Source of the DNA: a virus
Direction: 5' to 3' (one strand)
IMG/VR virus record: IMGVR_UViG_3300045988_174062
DNA length: 40,648 bases
Positions 33,566 through 39,300 of this stretch are shown one piece after another. The notes beneath the pieces were generated by a model that did no database searches, was not told where the DNA came from, and worked only from the letters and a program-made list of their open reading frames with translations. Position 1 is the first letter of the stretch; every line of letters starts with the position of its first letter. A program made the position numbers and the translations under genes.

Positions 33566-33624
33566 AAAGTCTATTTGTCGATAGACTTTGTAAAAAGATT
33601 AAACTAAATTTGTCGATTTAGTTT
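33566..33624 (+). other. Twin stem-loops with identical TTGTCG loops
   Basis: aaagtctat-TTGTCG-atagacttt (33566-33589) and aaactaaat-TTGTCG-atttagttt (33601-33624). Both have 9-bp stems and they lie 35 bp apart. Confidence 0.6.
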
Positions 33625-33705
33625 TGTATATTTAAATATCACTAAATAACATTGTATACAAATTATTATCTTTTTGCAATTATTTTATTTGGAAAGGAGA
33701 TAATA

Positions 33706-33834
33706 ATGTACATTTTTAGAGCTTCTAAAACTGTAAATGGACAAAAAATATATGCTAAAGATTATGGAAAAAAAGCATTCCCTATATGGGTAGGTCCTAA
33801 AGGAAAACAAGAGAAGAATAAAATAAAAAAATAA
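33706..33834 (+). CDS. Small basic protein (42 aa)
   Basis: A GGAAAGGAG RBS lies upstream. Product: MYIFRASKTVNGQKIYAKDYGKKAFPIWVGPKGKQEKNKIKK. Confidence 0.4.
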   Translation: MYIFRASKTVNGQKIYAKDYGKKAFPIWVGPKGKQEKNKIKK

Positions 33835-33904
33835 GAAAATATATATTAAAATATAACTAAATATATACTGTTTATTTTTATATATTTTGTAGTATAATAT
33901 AAAT

Positions 33905-34036
33905 ATAAAAGGAACTTCAATCTATTTGCACTAGAGTGATGTTTCCAAAACTTTAATTTTTGGTAATTTTGAACTTGATTTTTATTTCAAGTTCCACGCC
34001 ACTCTTAGTTTTCCTAGAACTAGAGTGGCTTTTTAA
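33905..34036 (+). ncRNA. Candidate antitoxin sRNA 2
   Basis: Promoter ...ttttgtagTATAAT (33893-33898). The terminator gccactct (33998-34005) / agagtggc (34022-34029) plus T5 is embedded in the toxin 2 ORF. The ends are approximate. Confidence 0.4.
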
Positions 34037-34117
34037 TTTGTCGGATATGTAGTTAGTCAATAGACCAAGACATATTGTGCAAATAGCACCTATGACAATA
34101 TTTATCATTTGTTCCAT
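33953..34117 (-). CDS. Type I toxin candidate 2 (54 aa; paralog of toxin 1)
   Basis: My own translation: MEQMINIVIGAICTICLGLLTNYISDKLKSHSSSRKTKSGVELEIKIKFKITKN. A GGAAGGAGGTGAG RBS is present. The promoter TGATATAAT lies on the minus strand at 34207-34199. Confidence 0.6.
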   Translation of the reverse strand: MEQMINIVIGAICTICLGLLTNYISDKLKSHSSSRKTKSGVELEIKIKFKITKN

Positions 34118-34365
34118 ACTTCTCACCTCCTTCCGTTAAGAAGTAGGCTTTATATTTAGTATGGAAACACCACTCTATAAATTGAAATTCCTATATTTAT
34201 TATATCATATCCATATAAGTTTTTATATACTTCAATCATTTCTTTGTTTTTATTATATAAATAAAACAAAATTTCATAAATTAATAAATGAACAAAAAAC
34301 ATTAATAAATGTATATTTTGTTCATTTATTAATTTATGAACGAAATAAAATAATTAGAGCTATGC

Positions 34366-34467
34366 CGAAAACTAAAAAACGAAGGCAAAAGTTATAGTTA
34401 CATATCAAGTGTAACAGGCTGGAGCAAAGCAATTATAAGCAGAGTTATAAATAATAAAAATTATTAA
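34366..34467 (+). pseudogene. 3' remnant of a paralog of the 32231..32539 HTH gene
   Basis: About 88% identical over about 110 bp to 32440-32550. It would encode ...KLKNEGKSYSYISSVTGWSKAIISRVINNKNY*. An in-frame stop lies 5 codons upstream and there is no start codon. Confidence 0.7.
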
Positions 34468-34495
34468 AAAAATAGTATTATTTAACTGAAATATA

Positions 34496-34524
34496 TTGAC
34501 TCACCGTAACGGTTATGTTATAAT
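34496..34524 (+). promoter_or_regulatory. Near-consensus sigma-A promoter
   Basis: TTGACT (34496-34501), N17 ending in TGT (extended -10), TATAAT (34519-34524). Confidence 0.65.
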
Positions 34525-34551
34525 ATAAATATAGAAAGGGAGGTGAAGAAA

Positions 34552-34671
34552 GTGGCAAATAGAAGAAAACAAAAGAAAAAAAAGAAGAACACAGAACTTG
34601 CGACGGCTCGAATTCTTCTTTTGATAGAAATACTTAGCATAGTAAATACTATACTAGATAAGTTTTTCTAA
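34552..34671 (+). CDS. Small protein (39 aa) with a poly-Lys N-terminus and a hydrophobic C-terminus
   Basis: GTG start with an AGGGAGGTG RBS. Product: VANRRKQKKKKKNTELATARILLLIEILSIVNTILDKFF. The hairpin at 34671-34698 follows. Confidence 0.35.
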   Translation: MANRRKQKKKKKNTELATARILLLIEILSIVNTILDKFF

Positions 34672-34698
34672 TACTTAGGGGCGAAAGCCCTTAAGTAT
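34671..34698 (+). terminator. GC-rich hairpin (weak U-tract)
   Basis: atacttagggg-cgaaag-cccttaagtat. Confidence 0.4.
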
Positions 34699-34818
34699 AT
34701 AAGTTTTCTTTCATTATACCACAATGTACTATGAACGATACAAATAAATTATTAAAAATATCAATTGCATTAGCAATAGTAAATATAGTTCTACAAATAT
34801 TTTTATAGGAGATTAAAA

Positions 34819-34998
34819 ATGAGTAAAAAAAGATTAAAAGTAAATTTTAATAAAGGTGGTAATGGTGGAGTTAGTGCAAAGCTAACTCTTCCAATAACAA
34901 TGGTTAGAGAATTAGGAATTGATGAAGAAAATAAGTTCATTGATGTAGTTTGTGAAGATGGCAAAATAATAATTGTTAAATCAGAAACTCAAGAATAG
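34819..34998 (+). CDS. AbrB/MazE/SpoVT-type DNA-binding protein (59 aa)
   Basis: My own translation: MSKKRLKVNFNKGGNGGVSAKLTLPITMVRELGIDEENKFIDVVCEDGKIIIVKSETQE. The pattern G..S..LTLP....RELGI.....I.V..EDGKIII.K is the looped-hinge-helix fold signature. Confidence 0.6.
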   Translation: MSKKRLKVNFNKGGNGGVSAKLTLPITMVRELGIDEENKFIDVVCEDGKIIIVKSETQE

Positions 34999-35081
34999 TA
35001 TAAATATATTATAATAATATGAAAAAAATACATTAAAATATATACTGTGTATTTTTCTGCATTTTGTAGTATAATAAAAAC

Positions 35082-35192
35082 ATAGAAATAAAAAAGAGAA
35101 ATTATAATCTAGTGGAATAGAGTGTGATTTCTATAAATACATGTTTTTATTTATTAGAATCACTCTTATTGCCAGTAAGAGTGATTTTTAAT
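35082..35192 (+). ncRNA. Candidate antitoxin sRNA 3
   Basis: The promoter ...ttttgtagTATAAT (35070-35075) is homologous to the sRNA 2 promoter region. The terminator is aatcactctta (35158-35168) / taagagtgatt (35176-35186) plus T-run. It overlaps the 3' end of toxin 3. Confidence 0.4.
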
Positions 35193-35269
35193 TTATCATA
35201 AATAAATGCTCCGATGATGCTAATGATTATAGCATCAGAGTTATTTAATAATAACTTTAAAATTTCCAT
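35147..35269 (-). CDS. Type I toxin candidate 3 (40 aa)
   Basis: I prefer the ATG at 35269 (AAAGGAGGTG RBS). Product: MEILKLLLNNSDAIIISIIGAFIYDKLKITLTGNKSDSNK. The promoter TGTTATAAT lies on the minus strand at 35374-35366. Confidence 0.5.
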   Translation of the reverse strand: MEILKLLLNNSDAIIISIIGAFIYDKLKITLTGNKSDSNK

Positions 35270-35501
35270 ACTTACACCTCCTTTCTTTCGTGAAAGTAGG
35301 TGTTTTTTCTTTTGTATAGAAATCATCACTCTTAGATTATAATTTCTCTAAAAATATTATAACATAAAACCATTTACTAAAATAAAATAAATTGTTAACA
35401 GTTTTACTAAACACTTTATTTTCATAAATTAATTATTGAATAAAAATAAATATAAATGATATAATATTTTCATAAGTTAATTTATGAAAATAGGTGATGA
35501 A

Positions 35502-36140
35502 ATGAAAATTTTTAAAGAAATATTAGATACACATACTAAGATATGTACTTGTAGAAAAGTGTATAAAATAAATGATGATATTGAAATTATAATTGACCAG
35601 AAGGACAATAAATTAGTTATGTGGGGAGTTAATCATAAAACAGATAGGTTTTTAAATTTATCTACAAAGAGATTTAAAATGCTTATGGATGGATTTAAGT
35701 CAGTAGCTAGTGATTTATATTCAAGCGGAAGTAAGAATCAAAATTACTATTACATAACTATAGGTAAATCTATTAATAATTCTAAGGCTACAGAAAATAA
35801 TGATAAAGTAGATATTGATTTATTGAAAGAAGAAATAAAAAGTTTGAAAGAAAAGTTATTGTTGCTAGATAGTGAAAATAATAAGTTAAAGGAAGATCTG
35901 GAAAGATATAAAAGAGAGTATTTATATTATTCTAATGAATATACAAATTTGAAAAAAGAAAATGAAAAAGGAAAATTAAATATTCATAATGCTAGAGGAG
36001 CAGGTAGAAAGGCTAAATTTACTGATTGTCAAGTTGATGAGATAAAAAGACTTAGGGAAAGTGGAAATACTATAAACGAAATAGCAAAAGTATTTAATTG
36101 TTCAGTTGGTTTAATTCATAAATTAATAAATGAAAAATAA
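35502..36140 (+). CDS. Coiled-coil protein with a resolvase-type C-terminal HTH (no recombinase catalytic domain)
   Basis: I prefer the ATG at 35502 (AGGTGA RBS). The C-terminus ARGAGRKAKFTDCQVDEIKRLRESGNTINEIAKVFNCSVGLIHKLINEK is HTH_7-like. The extended -10 TGATATAAT lies at 35457-35465. Confidence 0.6.
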   Translation: MKIFKEILDTHTKICTCRKVYKINDDIEIIIDQKDNKLVMWGVNHKTDRFLNLSTKRFKMLMDGFKSVASDLYSSGSKNQNYYYITIGKSINNSKATENNDKVDIDLLKEEIKSLKEKLLLLDSENNKLKEDLERYKREYLYYSNEYTNLKKENEKGKLNIHNARGAGRKAKFTDCQVDEIKRLRESGNTINEIAKVFNCSVGLIHKLINEK

Positions 36141-36286
36141 ATCTAAAAACATACAATATATTCATTTATTAATTTATAAACAAAATATATATGAAATTTA
36201 TATGGCATAAAAGTATTAGTTTTATGCCTATATTGAAATTTCAACGTTTTATAGAATTTAAGAACTGACATTACCAGTTTTCAACA

Positions 36287-36350
36287 TTATCAACAAGTTT
36301 ATCAACAAAAATATATGATTTACTAACAAAAAAATATAAATTATCAACAA
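36287..36350. repeat. Three perfect TTATCAACAA repeats plus one variant (DnaA-box-like, one mismatch)
   Basis: ttatcaacaa at 36287-36296, 36299-36308 and 36341-36350. The variant tactaacaaa lies at 36321-36330. Confidence 0.7.
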
Positions 36351-36445
36351 AAATACCTACTTTTATCAGGAGGTAATAATCTAATTATAGTTTATTTGAT
36401 TAATATGTATATGTATTATATAATTGTAAATAAATGGAGGTTATT

Positions 36446-36853
36446 ATGAAAAAAAAACATGTACTTACAATTAGTTTATTAGTAATTATTTTTATTATAG
36501 GAAATATAGTATATATTTCAAAATTTAGAGGTTTAAATATTTTAGATAGGGATAGTATAAGTATTATTAAAGAAATAAAATCACCTGATGGTAAGAATAA
36601 GGCAATTGTTTATTTAGATAGTGGCAGTGCAACAGTACCTAATAACATTAGAGTTGCGATTGTTAAAAATAATAAAAAAAATGCATATGAGTCTAATATC
36701 GTATACTTACAGAATAGATCAGATTTTATAAATGTAAAATGGAAAAGTTATAATACTTTATTAATTGAATATAAAGAAGATGGTGATTCTGACATTATAA
36801 TAAATAAAACTTTATATAAAAATATTAATATTGAATATAAAAAGCAAGGTTAA
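36446..36853 (+). CDS. N-terminally membrane-anchored protein (135 aa)
   Basis: MKKKHVLTISLLVIIFIIGNIVYI is a signal-anchor, followed by a beta-rich domain. A GGAGG RBS lies 5 nt before the ATG at 36446. The gene is convergent with the effector gene. Confidence 0.6.
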   Translation: MKKKHVLTISLLVIIFIIGNIVYISKFRGLNILDRDSISIIKEIKSPDGKNKAIVYLDSGSATVPNNIRVAIVKNNKKNAYESNIVYLQNRSDFINVKWKSYNTLLIEYKEDGDSDIIINKTLYKNINIEYKKQG

Positions 36854-36872
36854 TTAATAACCTTGCTTTTTA
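36838..36872. terminator. Bidirectional terminator shared by convergent genes
   Basis: aaagcaaggtta (36841-36852) / taaccttgcttt (36858-36869), with an A-run before and a T-run after. Confidence 0.7.
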
Positions 36873-36873
36873 T

Positions 36874-37818
36874 CTAAGAATGAACTCTTCTATAGAAATT
36901 CATTCCTATTTTAATACTTTCTTGATCTTTAGGGTCATCTCCATAAGGATAAGATCCATTCCATTTACCCCACTCAGGCTTATTTGTACCGGCTTGTGCT
37001 TGAGCATATCCAGCAGCCCTTTGTAGTAATTCATCTGTATATTTAAAACATTTACCAACATATCCATAAAGTATGTTGCCTGGAGAATCTCCTCTTACAA
37101 CTTTATTATCAAATATATAATTTGTTTTACTACTCCATCCTTGATTTTTTAAATCTAATTCTCCATTATTTCTAACTAAATTATAAAATACATATAATTG
37201 AGCCGGAGTAGAAAGTTTACTATATTGTTCTTTATATTTATGTTCATATTTTACAAAAAGAGATAATAATTTATCTGTAATATTTTTTAAATTTGATCCT
37301 TCTATAAGTTTTTTCCAAGTAGCAGGTCCTACCATTCCATCTACAGTTAATCCAGATGCTTGTTGGAATTTTTTTACTTCTCTTTGTGTAGCAGGACCAA
37401 AATATCCATCTGCAGAGTCTAAACTATACCAAAGAGATATAAGTTTCTTTTGAACAGATTTAACGTCTTCACCATACATTTGTGGACTTGTTAATTTTAG
37501 TACTCTTGTATATCCAGCTCCTGAACTAGAAGGTTTAGGTTTAGCAGTTGAGCTAAATAATTTATTCCAAGTAGCAGGACCAACTGATCCATCTACTGCT
37601 AAACCATTAACTCCTTGGAAATCTTTAACTGCAGCGACTCCTGTTGGACCATAGTATCCATCTACTGTTCCTGCACTATACTTTAATTCGTTTAATCTTC
37701 TTTGAACAGCTTTGACATCCTCACCATACATTTGTGGACTTGTTAATTTTAGTACTCTTGTATAAGATACACGAGCCTCGATATCAGTCTTTTCTAATAT
37801 TAATTCTTTTTCTTTCAT
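36874..37818 (-). CDS. Signal-less protein with two PG_binding_1-type repeats and an uncharacterised C-terminal effector-like domain
   Basis: 314 aa. YTRVLKLTSPQMYGEDVK...VDGY(Y/F)GP...V..FQ...GL.VDG.VGPATW.KL is repeated twice (peptidoglycan-binding domain 1 signature). The C-terminal ~135 aa carry GNILYGYVG and YPYGDDPKDQESIKIG. From memory these resemble a polymorphic-toxin C-terminal module (Ntox44-like); this is unverified. There is no N-terminal signal peptide. Confidence 0.6.
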   Translation of the reverse strand: MKEKELILEKTDIEARVSYTRVLKLTSPQMYGEDVKAVQRRLNELKYSAGTVDGYYGPTGVAAVKDFQGVNGLAVDGSVGPATWNKLFSSTAKPKPSSSGAGYTRVLKLTSPQMYGEDVKSVQKKLISLWYSLDSADGYFGPATQREVKKFQQASGLTVDGMVGPATWKKLIEGSNLKNITDKLLSLFVKYEHKYKEQYSKLSTPAQLYVFYNLVRNNGELDLKNQGWSSKTNYIFDNKVVRGDSPGNILYGYVGKCFKYTDELLQRAAGYAQAQAGTNKPEWGKWNGSYPYGDDPKDQESIKIGMNFYRRVHS

Positions 37819-37903
37819 AAATTAATTTCTCCTTTGAAAATTTTATTTATAAGCCAATATTATTTACGACTCACATTAAATACAAATGATTTTTTATGCA
37901 AAA

Positions 37904-37911
37904 TGTAAACC
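37904..37911 (-). promoter_or_regulatory. GGTTTACA box (-35-like) upstream of the effector gene
   Basis: Minus-strand sequence ...tcaaaGGTTTACAttttgcATAAAAAAtcatttgtatt..., about 86 nt upstream of the ATG at 37818. The same octamer plus ATAAAAAA occurs upstream of the sigma gene. Confidence 0.45.
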
Positions 37912-37933
37912 TTTGAGTAAAATAATTTTTAAA

Positions 37934-38455
37934 TTATTTAAGATATATTTTTTTTATTTTATTTAAAGCTCTTACATGGGTTTTATGAATAGCCTGTCTT
38001 GATACGCCAAGCTTTCGTCCTACTTCTGATTCAGATTTATTATTTAAATATATATTCTTGATTACATTTTGTTCTTTAATAGTTAAGCTTTTAATAATAT
38101 CATTAAGAATGATATTACTTAAATCTTCTGTATATCCAATATTAAATACATCTTCATTTAAATATAAAGTATTATTATTTTTATTTTGATGAATTTTATT
38201 TATATGTATATATTGATACTTAATAGACTTAGCTATATATGAAATTATATATCTATCACTTTTTAAATTAACTAATTCTATAGGAATCTTATCTAATAAA
38301 ATAAATAAAAATAATGTTAGCTCATTTTTCATATCCTCATAACAGCTATTTCTTTGTAACTTATTAAGTAATGGATCAAATTTAAGTAGTATATCTAAGA
38401 ATTTATTTTTATCTCCCTTTTTAAATTCTTCTACTAACAAATAAATATATCTCAT
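37934..38455 (-). CDS. Small sigma-70-family factor, TcdR/UviA/BotR/TetR-like (group 5-like)
   Basis: I prefer the ATG at 38455 (AAGGAG RBS); the track start at 38515 lacks one. 173 aa. The region-2-like part is FLDILLKFDPLLNKLQRNSCYEDMKNELTLFLFILLDKI. The region-4 HTH is LTIKEQNVIKNIYLNNKSESEVGRKLGVSRQAIHKTHVRALNKIKKIY. The size and layout match clostridial toxin/bacteriocin sigma factors as I recall them. Confidence 0.65.
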   Translation of the reverse strand: MRYIYLLVEEFKKGDKNKFLDILLKFDPLLNKLQRNSCYEDMKNELTLFLFILLDKIPIELVNLKSDRYIISYIAKSIKYQYIHINKIHQNKNNNTLYLNEDVFNIGYTEDLSNIILNDIIKSLTIKEQNVIKNIYLNNKSESEVGRKLGVSRQAIHKTHVRALNKIKKIYLK

Positions 38456-38498
38456 AAAAAACTCCTTTTCGATTTTAAAAATCAAAAAGGAGTTTTTT
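38456..38498 (-). promoter_or_regulatory. 20-bp-arm hairpin plus U6 abutting the sigma start codon; the 3' arm contains the RBS
   Basis: The plus-strand arm 38456-38475 (aaaaaactccttttcgattt) pairs with 38479-38498 (aaatcaaaaaggagtttttt), with 1 mismatch and a 3-nt loop. On the minus-strand RNA the second arm carries AAGGAG, followed by UUUUUU and then AUG. Confidence 0.6.
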
Positions 38499-38505
38499 AT
38501 TGTAT

Positions 38506-38513
38506 TGTAAACC
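38506..38513 (-). promoter_or_regulatory. GGTTTACA box (-35-like) upstream of the sigma gene
   Basis: Minus-strand sequence ...agatGGTTTACAatacaATAAAAAActcc... With 17-bp spacing, the predicted start site would fall near the hairpin loop (about 38476). Confidence 0.45.
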
Positions 38514-38588
38514 ATCTTTAGACATTTTTTTACATTTTTTTCCGAATAATCTCATATTTCTTCAATATCATAAAATTTAATAGCCTAA

Positions 38589-39299
38589 CTATATAAGCTC
38601 TATATAGTCTGCAGATACATAACATGGTTTATTATTATACTTATAATCATACGTAGAGAACCAATTATTTAAGCAGTAGTTGACTTCTAATACAGTACCT
38701 TTTGGTATTGTTTTAATTATTTTACTAGATGTACTTCTTTCATTTCTTATATTTAAATTTGCTGTTGTTCTAGCTTTTCTATTATAATCTCCATTTTTAT
38801 ATTTAATTGAAGAATTAGATGTAGGTGCTCCTTTTAATTCTTTTTCGATTAGCTTCTTAAATTCATTCATATTAGTTCTATGAGGACAGTTCTTATTAGC
38901 AAAATCTCTGTGAGCCTTAACTCTATTAATTCCCCAACCATATTTTCTAAGAAGTTCAGCGACTACTTTAGCTGCTCTTTTTTCAGCAGCAATAAACTTA
39001 GTTCCGCCATCTTTAGAATAACAAATTTCTATAGATATATGATTTCTATTACCTTGACCACTTCCATCTCCACAACTCCAAGAGTTTCTATCAAGTGGTA
39101 ATCCTTGTATAGCTTCTACATCATCAACTGCTATATGAAAACTTACTTTATTATTATTAGATTTCATATAAGAAATCTCATTTTTAGCACTAGCATTGTT
39201 ATATGTATTATGTATAGATATTCCAATTGGATTCATACTATATGGACATTTTATATTATACTTGCTACTTTTTACTAAATCTTGTTTTATTAAACTCAT
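38589..39299 (-). CDS. Endolysin: N-acetylmuramoyl-L-alanine amidase (Amidase_2/PGRP type) with a C-terminal SH3b-like domain
   Basis: GISIHNTYN...FHIAVDD...HRDF..KNCPHR are Zn-amidase motifs. The C-terminus ARTTANLNIRNERSTSSKIIKTIPKGTVLEV is SH3-like. It lies directly after the holin. Confidence 0.85.
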   Translation of the reverse strand: MSLIKQDLVKSSKYNIKCPYSMNPIGISIHNTYNNASAKNEISYMKSNNNKVSFHIAVDDVEAIQGLPLDRNSWSCGDGSGQGNRNHISIEICYSKDGGTKFIAAEKRAAKVVAELLRKYGWGINRVKAHRDFANKNCPHRTNMNEFKKLIEKELKGAPTSNSSIKYKNGDYNRKARTTANLNIRNERSTSSKIIKTIPKGTVLEVNYCLNNWFSTYDYKYNNKPCYVSADYIELI

Positions 39300-39300
39300 A

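Noticed and set aside
34161-34397. 78-aa track ORF
   Set aside because: It spans a perfect 25-bp inverted repeat and two gene-remnant junctions. It has no RBS, and its sequence is explained by relic 3' ends of paralogous HTH genes.
34732-34809. 25-aa hydrophobic ORF (MNDTNKLLKISIALAIVNIVLQIFL) upstream of the AbrB-like gene
   Set aside because: No RBS or promoter is evident. Such short hydrophobic ORFs arise easily in AT-rich sequence.
32231-36140. Serine recombinase / integrase candidates (ORFs 32231..32539 and 35502..36140)
   Set aside because: Only the C-terminal resolvase-type HTH is present. There is no N-terminal catalytic domain with the Ser nucleophile motif. They are called as DNA-binding regulators, so the genome appears to lack an integrase.
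37934-38515. Track start (38515) for the sigma factor, and other long track starts (23621, 26321, 28940, 30326, 30588, 31611, 32984, 33652, 35329, 35484, 36434)
   Set aside because: In each case an internal start codon sits 5-9 nt downstream of a strong GGAGG-type RBS, while the longest-ORF start has none or lies inside the RBS. The shorter coordinates were used, and the ambiguity is noted.
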